Notes: a model not told the origin generated them from the letters alone. A stretch of DNA of 40,589 nt from Methanomassiliicoccaceae archaeon (GCA_009786295.1 WQTN01000144.1:1-40589); one strand, 5' to 3'; numbered from the stretch's first letter, positions 19,068 to 28,626 are shown. A program made the numbers and translations.

Positions 19068-20176
19068 TCATTTTTTCTCAAACTTTGTTTGATAGCTTGA
19101 CCAGTGATTGATATGATCATCCATTCTTGTGAATATGAACGTAAGGCCGCTCGCCTCATATGTTATGGTATTATTAGATATAGACTTCAGACAATGGGGG
19201 CCCAGATTAAGTTCTTTCCAGTTCCAATCTTCCTCTTTCCTATCCCACATAAGGATACTTACTTCAAATTCCGACAGAATGTTGAGCCGATATTCGTCCT
19301 CAATGACAACTTCCTCTTTTTGACCATTTGGACCATCCACAAAAGATTTCCCATTTTTGTACACCTTTCCAATATATGTTCCATATACAGTTTCGGGCGT
19401 GATGTTGAGTATTTTGACGCATTCGAGCGGCTCTTCTTTATATCTATTCGATTCTTCGATAATTGCTTTTAGAACATCAAATGAGAATGAATCGTTGAGT
19501 ATGGTCTTGATACTCTTTATCTGATCAGTCCAGTTTTGATTGGTGAGATTCTCTTTACAGTATTGTTCAATCACATCGTCTCCTGCCCCGCAAAATTTGA
19601 TGTGATAGTAAACTCTTCCTGGCCTGTTCTGAAGATTTTCATTGATTTGTCCCGTCTCATTTGTAGTAAGAATGAAAAGTTTGTTGCCCTGAACCAACCC
19701 ATCAAATAGAGTTAGCAGCCCAGATTGAGATTTAGCATACTCGCCGTTGTCTTCAAACAATTTTTCAAACTCGTCCATGATAACACAGCATCTATCTGTT
19801 ATATTCTTCAAAAAGTCTCCAAGCATATCTGTTTCATACTGTTGAGCAATAACGATCGTCGGAATGCCTTTTTTATCAAAAGATCTGATACCTGCTCTGC
19901 GAGCAATGTTTTACCGCTACCTTTGCCGCCACTCAACAGAACCCCCATATTATTTGTTCTGGTTGCGAAAGTGTTTACAACCCTCTCCGCCATCTTAATC
20001 TGCGATCCATACACCTTTATTGGCAGAACAAACTCTGTTTTCTTTTCCAGATAAAACTGGTCAAGATTGATATCCCATTCAACATAATAGACTCCCTCGG
20101 GGAGTTTTTTCAATGCCTCGATGGCCCCATCGGCTCTCACCTCATATCGATTTTCTCTTTTAAGATATATACTCAT
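19068..20176 (-). pseudogene. AAA+ ATPase, split by a -1 frameshift (pseudogene or programmed frameshift)
   Basis: ORF 19808-20176 has Walker A GGKGSGKT; ORF 19068-19826 has Walker B CVIMDEFEK, sensor ILTTN and NRPGR arginine finger; frames join at ATA AAA AAG (~19868-19876). Confidence 0.85.
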
Positions 20177-20273
20177 TTAATCATCCGTCGTACTATAACG
20201 ATAATACGTATTTGTCTGCCGAATAAGTATCTTCGGGTTCTTTCAGAAGTCGTCTTTTTATATGGTTTTTTTA

Positions 20274-20435
20274 TTCAATTTGTTCACTCTCATGTTCACC
20301 TACATTCAACTCATGTCTGGCTGTTGTATGGCGATGATATGAAAGTGAATGAAATGAATACAGTGAACAGGAAATGTAATGCGTGAAAACCAAACAAAGG
20401 TTATGGGTTGGCAGTCAATTCCCTTCAGGCCCGCT
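20274..20435 (+). repeat. att-like repeat copy 1
   Basis: TGTTCAC x2 ... TCTGGCTGTTGTATG ... TGAATACAGTGAACA ... GTTGGCAGTCAATTCCCTTCAGGCCCGCT; TCCCTTCAGGCCCGC is identical to the tRNA-Lys 3' end. Confidence 0.85.
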
Positions 20436-20502
20436 TTTTTGATAATACGCCAGCCAAGTGCAAAAATACATATTTTCTTTATGGGTTATGGTAAAATACA
20501 AC

Positions 20503-21072
20503 GTGGAAAACAGTATTGTACCATGCTACTTAACACCAGAGCAGAATGGCAGACTGGCCACAAGAGAACTATGATAAGAAAAATGAGGCCTGGTTGTTTT
20601 TCCCCTAAAAGCGTCTGGAGAAAATGCAATCTCATATAACGACGCCGTCGAAGAAGCCTTATGTTTTGGCTGGATCGACAGCACAGTAAGGTCGTTTTAG
20701 ATGAGAAACATAAAATCCAAAAGTTTTTACCGCGCAACCCTAAGAGCAGCTATTCACAAGCCCCAATATGGAGCGGCTTCGCTGGCTTTCAAACAAAGGG
20801 CTGATCCATCCGACACTCAAAGAGGGTGTTGCCAAAATATTGAGCAAATAATTCGTCTTTACAAAAGACATGCTCGAAGCCATCAAAGAAGATGAGTATG
20901 CATGGGCATACTTTCAACAATTTTCGGATTCATATAAAAAGATAAGAATTGCTTACATTGACGTTGCCCGTAAAAGACCTGATGAATTTGCGAGATGTAT
21001 AAACAAATTCATGAGAAGCCGAGGAATGGGAAATTAACCCCTGGTCATGGTAGTTTGGACAAGCATTATTGA
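20503..21072 (+). pseudogene. Degenerate YdeI/OmpD-associated family gene
   Basis: Colinear DNA similarity to 28057-28626 (e.g. GACGCCGTCGAAGAAGCCTTATGTTTTGGCTGGATCGACAG) with several frameshifts. Confidence 0.85.
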
Positions 21073-21211
21073 TACAATGTCTGATTTGTGTAGCAATCAG
21101 ATAGATAAAACCTTAGCTTGACACTTGACTCAGACATACCTCTACAGATGTGTAATTCATACATTATTCTAAAAGGACAAAGGACGGTGGAATCTTTGAA
21201 TGGGGTGCAGT

Positions 21212-21697
21212 TTATATTCTCTGGCCCCGACCAATAAATTGATTTATTTCATTATCACTAATGTTCTTTCTTTGTAACACCATGCAATCTATGAATTCCA
21301 CGTAATATAGTTCTCGCTTTGTTTCCATATCTTCTGCCGAACAAACAATGAGAATCTCCAAAGGTGCTTTAATATCCTCATCATCAAAGGATATGCAATC
21401 ACCTGAAATATTACCTGCATCTATCCTAAACAATGTTTTAGGATTTAGGCTAAGATTTTCCTCAATTATTGCAACATGTGTTCCTCCATGTTTATAACGG
21501 ATAGAAACTGATGCGTTTTTTGCTGTTTTCATACCTCTATTTGTTATGTTTAATATTAATTCGGCCTCAATAAGCTCCAAATCCATAACGAGTTTGGGCC
21601 TCAAATACCAATCCCTCAGCGCTTGCCCATAAATCCCTATTAGTGCCCCCATAGTTGTTGAGACAAAAATCAAAACTATGTATGCCCAATCTTCCAA
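21212..21697 (-). CDS. Hypothetical membrane-anchored protein
   Basis: 161 aa ORF (TTG start), N-terminal TM segment then a beta-rich domain (RPKLVM, NITNRG). Confidence 0.7.
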   Translation of the reverse strand: MEDWAYIVLIFVSTTMGALIGIYGQALRDWYLRPKLVMDLELIEAELILNITNRGMKTAKNASVSIRYKHGGTHVAIIEENLSLNPKTLFRIDAGNISGDCISFDDEDIKAPLEILIVCSAEDMETKRELYYVEFIDCMVLQRKNISDNEINQFIGRGQRI

Positions 21698-22097
21698 ATA
21701 ATCATCTCTTTTTTAATTCAAATAGCATCTTGATAGTATTTGTGTTCCTGCCTTGTCTAAGTTGATGTATGTGCCCGTACATTAAGTAGCCTCCGATAAT
21801 CATCGATTGAAGAAGTTGTTTTATTAATCTGGCTCTGACAAGTCGTCTAACTGATATTCCGCAAATAATAAGCTGATATGTCAATGATTTTCTGCATTAT
21901 GCGGAGGCGGGTACCCGCGCATAGTATTGCCGCCGCCAAATTTTGGAACCCCTCCCATTTCCACCATTGTGTCTATTTCATATATCAATATGATTTCAAT
22001 TTTATGCAATATTTTGGTACCGGTAAATCTTAAGTTTACATACTATCAAGTTTATACTCTACTACAAAAAAATTACAATGGAGTATATTGATTTAAA

Positions 22098-22676
22098 ATG
22101 CCAACTGTCAAAAAGGAGGAACTTGGTCAAGAACATTTGCTTGTTCTATATGCAGTTAGCAAAGCCCCAAATGGAGTACAAACAAAGACTCACTATCAAA
22201 AAATGATGTATATTGTTCTGAAGATTTTGGGAAATGATCCTAAAACTGGCGCAGGGTATCGGCCCCATCATTTTGGCCCATATAGTGCAATGGTTGACAG
22301 CTGGAGAGACGAACTGATCAACACAGGATATTTGGTAAAAAATAGCGCTGAGCGAATACGAATAGAACCGCAAGTTAAAAATGATATAGATAAAATTGTT
22401 TTAAAAGATGATCTTACGATGATGAAAATTAATGAAAGCGTGAAGTTTATTAGTTCGCTTTCATATGATGAGTTGCTTCTCTATATTTACTCAGACGATG
22501 TCCAAAAAGGAGAGGGAATGTCTGATAATTCTGACGAAAAGAATAGGATATTTGGAAATCGCCTTACTATAGCAACTAATATGGTAAAAACCGGTAAAGT
22601 TTCTATTGCAAGAGGTGCAGAACTTGCCGACATAGATGTGATGACATTTAGAGAAGGCCTCAATGGGAAGTCCTAA
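22098..22676 (+). CDS. Putative antitoxin: SocA/Panacea-like wHTH fused to UPF0175-type HTH
   Basis: KTHYQKMMY...YRPHHFGPYS N-terminal motif; C-terminal GKVSIARGAELADIDVMTFRE. Confidence 0.7.
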   Translation: MPTVKKEELGQEHLLVLYAVSKAPNGVQTKTHYQKMMYIVLKILGNDPKTGAGYRPHHFGPYSAMVDSWRDELINTGYLVKNSAERIRIEPQVKNDIDKIVLKDDLTMMKINESVKFISSLSYDELLLYIYSDDVQKGEGMSDNSDEKNRIFGNRLTIATNMVKTGKVSIARGAELADIDVMTFREGLNGKS

Positions 22677-23166
22677 TATGTCAACAATAAAGATAATGGA
22701 CACATGCACATTAATCAATGTATTTGACATGATTGACCTTGACCTCAGTAGCTGCCTGCAAGGGTATCAAATAGTTGTGACTGATCATGTGGTCTCAGAA
22801 TATACGAGAAAAATACCGAGGTCGATTCCAAAATGTCTGTCGGTTGTAGGAATGAATGCGACAGATTTGCTACTAATGAATGAAATGGAATTTATGTTTC
22901 CACAGTTAGGAATCGGTGAGAGGTCAGTCTTTGTTTTCGCATTGGGGGTGGCTCTGAGGGGACATAAAGTTGTTGTTTTAAGTGATGATAAGAGTGCAGT
23001 TAAGAAATTTTCCAACACAGCAAAAGAAAAAGCCATGTCAGAAAGATTTCCTGGATCTGAAAATATTGTGTGGGGCGACACCCTATCGTTACTCGATAAA
23101 TTTGTGGAAAAGGGGAAGATTACTCGTACACAATCAAACCAAGCATACAAGATAATTAAGAATTAA
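22663..23166 (+). CDS. PIN-domain protein (DUF3368-like)
   Basis: IMDTCTLIN, VTDHVVSE, LGIGERS, VLSDDKSA acidic PIN residues; overlaps upstream gene (start may be 22678). Confidence 0.75.
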   Translation: MGSPNMSTIKIMDTCTLINVFDMIDLDLSSCLQGYQIVVTDHVVSEYTRKIPRSIPKCLSVVGMNATDLLLMNEMEFMFPQLGIGERSVFVFALGVALRGHKVVVLSDDKSAVKKFSNTAKEKAMSERFPGSENIVWGDTLSLLDKFVEKGKITRTQSNQAYKIIKN

Positions 23167-24170
23167 TTCCAACCTATGCCACCAAAATCAAGAGTGGTTT
23201 GAGCGGACATATTGGTATATTCGGATGCGCCGCGTTTCTTTTTCGCTAACGCCAAGGCAGTCCCACTCTCGAGAATTTCCTTTTTTACTATATCTGCCTC
23301 TTTGTTAATCTTTTTGTGGTTGTCTTTGTTTATCTCTTCTCTGCTACGGCCACCCATCATGCCATCATAATAAATCCAGTCTTCTTGGCTGAACATTTTT
23401 GCAATGCCTTCTTTCCCTCCACCCCCGCGCATGTGAAAGTTTCCAAGAATATCTATGCCATCCACAAAAGACAACAGGTCATCGGCGGGCTTTATGTCTT
23501 TATAGTTATGTGATTTTTTCATATTGATTTGATATAGCAGGGATTCCTCGTGAAACCCACCATCTACAAGTTTTTTTGCTAAGCTTCGGATAATGTGTGC
23601 TTTCCCTGGAGCTTGGCAGGCCTCATAGTCCAACACAAAAGAAGTAATACCTTCTTTGAAGTACTTATCTACTAGCACATCAATGACAAACTGCGTACGA
23701 TTCATAGGGATATTTCCCATTATAAGTTTCCCATTAATGCGCCTGACTTCTTCGATATACCTTTTTGATATAGACCACAAACTGGTTGGAAGATCGGTTT
23801 CATTGGTCGATTTGAGTATTCCATCCCATCTTGGTACGATAATAATGTCCGAGTTAGGGTGTATTCTGTTTTCAAGATCACAGAGAGATCTGTCTGAAAT
23901 TGACACATCTCGGTATTCTGGTATAACGAGATTTACAGTATTGCTCTTACATTTTCCTGGCAATCTGTCTAAGTCGGTTCGACCTTCTCTGGATTCGCGT
24001 ATAAGTTCCTCATCAACAGGTTGGTACACTTCAAGCAGATGGTAGTCAGATGGAGAATTCAGTGTTTTGAAGGGAGTCAAAAATCTTTTTTCACCTAGCC
24101 TAACATCCATTACTCTAGCAATACCCAACTTATCATCGGGCCTCATCAACTTTACTTTGTAGTTTGCCAT
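23163..24170 (-). CDS. Hypothetical protein, divergent TGT-like TIM barrel
   Basis: 335 aa intact ORF; N-terminal GIARV...RFLTPFK and later DGIDILG resemble TGT segments. Confidence 0.6.
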   Translation of the reverse strand: MANYKVKLMRPDDKLGIARVMDVRLGEKRFLTPFKTLNSPSDYHLLEVYQPVDEELIRESREGRTDLDRLPGKCKSNTVNLVIPEYRDVSISDRSLCDLENRIHPNSDIIIVPRWDGILKSTNETDLPTSLWSISKRYIEEVRRINGKLIMGNIPMNRTQFVIDVLVDKYFKEGITSFVLDYEACQAPGKAHIIRSLAKKLVDGGFHEESLLYQINMKKSHNYKDIKPADDLLSFVDGIDILGNFHMRGGGGKEGIAKMFSQEDWIYYDGMMGGRSREEINKDNHKKINKEADIVKKEILESGTALALAKKKRGASEYTNMSAQTTLDFGGIGWN

Positions 24171-24283
24171 AAGACTATCCTGCTTTTTATGCTACCTTGT
24201 TTCCCTTTGGCGCAAGGTGCGCCTGAACCTACCAACTTTATAGCGAAACGGAGTACACGACATAAAGCATTTTCGGGAACATC

Positions 24284-24430
24284 TTCACTTTGTTCGCCCT
24301 CATGTTCACCTTTACTCACATTGATATCTGGCTGTTGTATGATTATTATATGAATACAGTGAACACGAAATGGAATATCTAGGAATTTGAAAATGATAAG
24401 AGTTGGCGGTCAATCCCCTTCAGACCCGCT
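24284..24430 (+). repeat. att-like repeat copy 2
   Basis: Aligns to 20274-20435 (CATGTTCACCT, TCTGGCTGTTGTATG, TGAATACAGTGAACA) and ends GTTGGCGGTCAATCCCCTTCAGACCCGCT. Confidence 0.85.
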
Positions 24431-24555
24431 TATCGATTATTGTGATTTGAGTTCTCTTTGTCAAAACGTAACGGCAATAAGAAAACTTTCTCTTGCATTT
24501 ATTGAGAGGGGTCTAATTTGTTATTGTAGTGTTCAGACACTGATTTTGAAGAAGT

Positions 24556-25389
24556 TCATCTGGATGTGCCCTGTTCTTCATCTGCATGCATTTTCCGTAT
24601 CTCTTCTTCCGGTAAGGCTTTCAAAAGTACCACATGCGGTCTTCCCATGATATCTATTATCTGACAGTCCACGCCATAGACATACCTTATCGTCTCTGCG
24701 GTCAGCACCTCTTCTGCCGTACCTACTTTGTAAACTATTCCAGGAGTGGCCATGATTATGACCTTGTCCGCATATTTTGAAGCGATATTCAGATCATGGC
24801 TGACCATTATGATCGTGAACTTGTTCTCTATGGCTAAGTCTCTGAGCCTCTCTATTACCACCAGCTGATGCCTTACATCCAGATTCGAGGTGGGCTCATC
24901 AAGTATCAGGATGTCGGGCCTCTGCGCCAATCCCCTTGCGATCATCGCTCTTTGATGCTGGCCTGCCGACAGCTCGCCGAAGTTCCGTATTGCAAGGTGC
25001 TGTATGCTCATCACTTCCATGGTGTCGTACACGACCTTCAGATCCTCTTCCGAATATGACCACTTCTGGTACGGATGTCTTCCCATCAGCACGGTTTCCA
25101 TTACCGTCATCGGAAAGAAATCGTTCGAGGCCACTGGCACATACCCCATGAACTTCGAGAGGTCCTTGTACTTTAACTCCTCGATGTCCTTCCCTCCCAG
25201 AACCACTTTCCCGGAGGTCGGCTTTAGGAGCTTGTTTATGCAACGGATCAGTGTGGATTTTCCGACACCGTTCGGGCCGATGATGCACACAAGACCTGGT
25301 TCGTCAATGACGATGCTGATCTTGTGCAGAACTTTTCCCTCATCGAAGGAGAAATCGACATCTTCTATCACTACATCCATTTTTACCAT
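24556..25389 (-). CDS. ABC transporter ATP-binding protein (FepC/BtuD-like)
   Basis: GPNGVGKS, LSAGQHQR, ILDEPTSNLD, SHDLN. Confidence 0.95.
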   Translation of the reverse strand: MVKMDVVIEDVDFSFDEGKVLHKISIVIDEPGLVCIIGPNGVGKSTLIRCINKLLKPTSGKVVLGGKDIEELKYKDLSKFMGYVPVASNDFFPMTVMETVLMGRHPYQKWSYSEEDLKVVYDTMEVMSIQHLAIRNFGELSAGQHQRAMIARGLAQRPDILILDEPTSNLDVRHQLVVIERLRDLAIENKFTIIMVSHDLNIASKYADKVIIMATPGIVYKVGTAEEVLTAETIRYVYGVDCQIIDIMGRPHVVLLKALPEEEIRKMHADEEQGTSR

Positions 25390-26474
25390 ATCTCCTTCCG
25401 TTGTTTGATCAGCAGATACAAGAACAGCGGACCGCCGAGGAATGCCGTGACAACTCCGACCTGAAGGACGGCGGGTGCGATTATTGTTCTTCCCACAAGG
25501 TCCGATATCAAAACAAGCATTACGCCGAACGTTGCTGATGCGGGTATCAGAAATTTATTATCCGAACCTATGAACAGCCTTGCCACATGCGGAGACACAA
25601 GTCCGACGAATCCGATGATGCCGGTAAAACTCACTATGCTTGCCGTTATCAATGAAACCGTCAGGAGCGATATTATCCTTATCTTGTTGGCATCCACTCC
25701 CAGGGACTTGGCGCTCTCGTCTCCCGCCGACAGAATATTAAGTTTGTTTGACAGCAGCGCGAGAACTATGATCCCCGCAGAGGTAACTGCAAATGATATC
25801 GGTATGCTGTCCCATGTAGCAGTGCTCAGTGTCCCCACTTGCCAACTGTAGACCGCTGCCAGATCATCTGGGTCTGACATAAGCATAAGCACCGTTGTTA
25901 TTGCGTTGAATACATACATTATAGCTATCCCGGACAATATCATGGTGGTGGGAGAGACTTTTCTGAGTCCGGAGATGACCACTATCAACAGGACCGGGAC
26001 TAACGAGAAAATGAACGCATTGGCCACAATCGCTCCTCTGCCTCCTGCAACGGTCAGTCCCAAAATGATCGCTATGGTCGCGCCGAATGATGCTCCCGAG
26101 GAGATGCCTGTTGTATAGGAATCGGCAAGCGGGTTTTTCAGAACGCTCTGCATTGTGGCGCCCCCGACCGCGAGTCCGGCGCCTACGACCGCCCCAAGCA
26201 AGATCCGCGGCAGCCTTACATTCCAAACGATGACGTCCTTTGTCGGATCGAGGATATTTCCCTGCAAATGGTCAACAAGTATCCGGAAGCATTCCCCAAA
26301 CCCAATATCATATGTGCCTATGGTCAGTGCGTATACCGCCACGACCAACGAGACCATAAGACAGATGATGATGAAAACATACTTTCTCCATATGTATTTC
26401 CTGAATTGCCCCGACACGCTACTGAAGGAAAAATCTGAATCGATCTCCGCATTGTTTCCTTTTTGCAACCTCAT
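25383..26474 (-). CDS. FecCD/BtuC family ABC permease
   Basis: VRLPR, MQSVLKNPLA, GISSGA, GIIGFVGLVSPH; start placed at MRLQKG. Confidence 0.95.
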   Translation of the reverse strand: MRLQKGNNAEIDSDFSFSSVSGQFRKYIWRKYVFIIICLMVSLVVAVYALTIGTYDIGFGECFRILVDHLQGNILDPTKDVIVWNVRLPRILLGAVVGAGLAVGGATMQSVLKNPLADSYTTGISSGASFGATIAIILGLTVAGGRGAIVANAFIFSLVPVLLIVVISGLRKVSPTTMILSGIAIMYVFNAITTVLMLMSDPDDLAAVYSWQVGTLSTATWDSIPISFAVTSAGIIVLALLSNKLNILSAGDESAKSLGVDANKIRIISLLTVSLITASIVSFTGIIGFVGLVSPHVARLFIGSDNKFLIPASATFGVMLVLISDLVGRTIIAPAVLQVGVVTAFLGGPLFLYLLIKQRKEIW

Positions 26475-26523
26475 GATAACAACCGCTTTTAGAAAAAAAA
26501 TAAAGATGTTTGAAGGCGGCCCG

Positions 26524-27876
26524 TCACCCAACGTACAAGTATGCCCCGTTTACATTGACATCAAAATAGTCATCGCTTGACGGAGATATGCCTTTGTTCA
26601 GCAGCGTGAATCTGTCTACCAGTTCCTGCAGCTTGGCATATGAATCAATGTCCGAGAACTCATCCTCATAAATTTGGCACGCTATCATCAAAGCAAGGGT
26701 TGTCTGGAACAGCCCCGACGTTAGTCCCGCCGCGGAAACCATGATGTTGCCTTGTTTGTATGCGCTTGTGGTCGTCAGATAAGCTGTCCACTTGTCGTAG
26801 GCGTCTTTCTGATCTGTTTTTGTCTTGAACAGCCCGCTGTTGTGCAGCATCAGTATGTAGTCTGGATTCTTCGATAACAAATACTCTATATCTGTGCCAT
26901 AGTACATTTCCTCTGAGAGAATGGCGCCGGAATTGATGCCGGATGCAAGATTGTTGAGGCCTGCGATCACGCTGCATTCATAGCTTCCGCTGCCTCTGCA
27001 TTCTATCTCGACATCAAGAGCCGACGCCCCGGCCGAATAATATGTGACAAGGATCGATTTCCGCTCTGAAGCAGACGGGAGTCGCTCATCAATCAGATTC
27101 ATAATGTCATTGACATATGCCATGTACTCATAAGCGGCATCGACATAGCTTTTGCTGCCTAACAGATAGGCAAGGGTCAGATATGCAGATGCAACATTGT
27201 TCCCCTCCCAAAGCGGAAGTCTGATCATATTTATCTTCGTTGTTTCTGTGTACCGGTCTTCGATACCTACAAAATAAATGTTGGCTGAACCGCATATGAT
27301 GGTGTCCACACCGATGGACAGCATGGTCTCAAAGTCATAAGCAGTACCGAACCCGCTTCCGAAGGAACGTATCCCCGAACCTGCCAAAGCCTTTCCGTAT
27401 TGTCCGGAGTTTATGCTGTTGAGCGTACTGCTGTCTGCATAATCGATGAGGCCCTGGGCTCCGATGGCTATCAGTCCCTGAAGTGTCGGCCAATATTGTA
27501 TTGCGACCGATTCAATTGGCCCTTCTATGCACGCATATTTGCCATTGAGGTCTAAATACCACATACTCTCTGCCCGGAACTCCATTATTTCTCGGACCTT
27601 ATCTATATCCTTCTGGTCGATCACTCCGTCTCTGTTGGCGTCTGTTAAAGGTGTCTTTTCTTCCTTACCGTCTATTGTTGCCTGTATATGCTCGATGTCC
27701 CTCTCATCAAGATAATTGTTTAGATCTGCGTTGCCGCACACATTCAGGCGCATCGTCTCTTTCGTGGTAGACTGCAGGGGCAGCCTGTCTGAGTTGTCTT
27801 TTAACAGAAATACTGCCCCGGCTCCTGCGGCCACAACAATGGCCACGATTATGATAGCAATCATTTTGTTATTCAT
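26524..27876 (-). CDS. Fe/B12-type ABC substrate-binding protein with dockerin-like N-domain
   Basis: N-terminal anchor, paired GNADLNNYLDERD / DANRDGVIDQKD motifs, IEYLLSKNPDYI. Confidence 0.85.
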   Translation of the reverse strand: MNNKMIAIIIVAIVVAAGAGAVFLLKDNSDRLPLQSTTKETMRLNVCGNADLNNYLDERDIEHIQATIDGKEEKTPLTDANRDGVIDQKDIDKVREIMEFRAESMWYLDLNGKYACIEGPIESVAIQYWPTLQGLIAIGAQGLIDYADSSTLNSINSGQYGKALAGSGIRSFGSGFGTAYDFETMLSIGVDTIICGSANIYFVGIEDRYTETTKINMIRLPLWEGNNVASAYLTLAYLLGSKSYVDAAYEYMAYVNDIMNLIDERLPSASERKSILVTYYSAGASALDVEIECRGSGSYECSVIAGLNNLASGINSGAILSEEMYYGTDIEYLLSKNPDYILMLHNSGLFKTKTDQKDAYDKWTAYLTTTSAYKQGNIMVSAAGLTSGLFQTTLALMIACQIYEDEFSDIDSYAKLQELVDRFTLLNKGISPSSDDYFDVNVNGAYLYVG

Positions 27877-28056
27877 TGATATCGTGAGTTGGACGTATAT
27901 TCCAATATAAGAATCATCTCAACTTATACTATATAAAACTCTCAAATATTTAGAGGCCTCCTTATTAAAAAAATTAGATTAATCTCGCTTGCTGAGGATC
28001 GTGTGATTTTACCGGTTATGAATAAAAATGCTTAATTTCCGCTATGAAAAAGCCGT

Positions 28057-28626
28057 TCAATAATATTTGTCTATACCGCCATAGCCAGGAATCATTTTCC
28101 CTTTCCTTGTTTTATCAACGAAGTTGTTCAGACGCCTCGCAAACTCATCGGGTCTTTTACGGGCAGCGTCAATGTAGGCGATCCGTATCCGTTTGTATGA
28201 ATCTGAAAACTGCTGAAAATATCTCCAGGCAGTTTCGTCTTTTTTGATGGCTTCGAGGATGTCCTCAGGATAGACGAATTCTTCGCTCAATATTTTTTCA
28301 ACGCCCTCTTTGAGTGTCGGATGGATCATTCTTTCTTTTGAAAGCCAACGGAGCCGTTCCTTATTAGCTTGAGAATAACTGCTTTTCGGATTGCGCAGAG
28401 AAAACTTCTGGATCTTGTGAGTATCGTCAAGTACCTTTACTGTACTGTCGATCCAGCCGAAACATAAGGCTTCTTCGACGGCGTCGTTATATGATATCGT
28501 ATTTTCTCCGGAAGCTTTCAGTGGAAAAACGAACCAGACTTCTTTTTTCTTGTCGTGGTTGTCTTGTAACCATTCCCGCCATTCTGCTCTGGCATTGAAC
28601 CTGCACGGCGCAACATTGTTTTCCAT
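28057..28626 (-). CDS. YdeI/OmpD-associated family protein
   Basis: WREWLQDNH, YNDAVEEALCFGWIDS, AYIDAARKRP. Confidence 0.9.
   Translation of the reverse strand: MENNVAPCRFNARAEWREWLQDNHDKKKEVWFVFPLKASGENTISYNDAVEEALCFGWIDSTVKVLDDTHKIQKFSLRNPKSSYSQANKERLRWLSKERMIHPTLKEGVEKILSEEFVYPEDILEAIKKDETAWRYFQQFSDSYKRIRIAYIDAARKRPDEFARRLNNFVDKTRKGKMIPGYGGIDKYY

Larger units (their letters stand above)
18604..24430. mobile_element. Tandem tRNA-Lys-integrated island remnant (two modules, no integrase seen)
   Basis: tRNA 3'-end copies at 20420-20434 and 24412-24429; AT-rich cargo and pseudogenes. Confidence 0.75.

Noticed and set aside
21702-21884. 60-aa ORF with HQLRQ resembling the HxLR integrase motif
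   Set aside because: Too short, with no catalytic Tyr/Arg context; at most an unidentifiable relic
23163-24170. Calling this gene dpdA/tgt of a 7-deazaguanine DNA modification system
   Set aside because: Canonical catalytic motifs are absent and no dpdB/C or que genes are in the window
20274-24430. Possible CRISPR array or extra tRNA genes at the repeats
   Set aside because: Only two long imperfect copies 4 kb apart, containing just the tRNA 3' end with no cloverleaf
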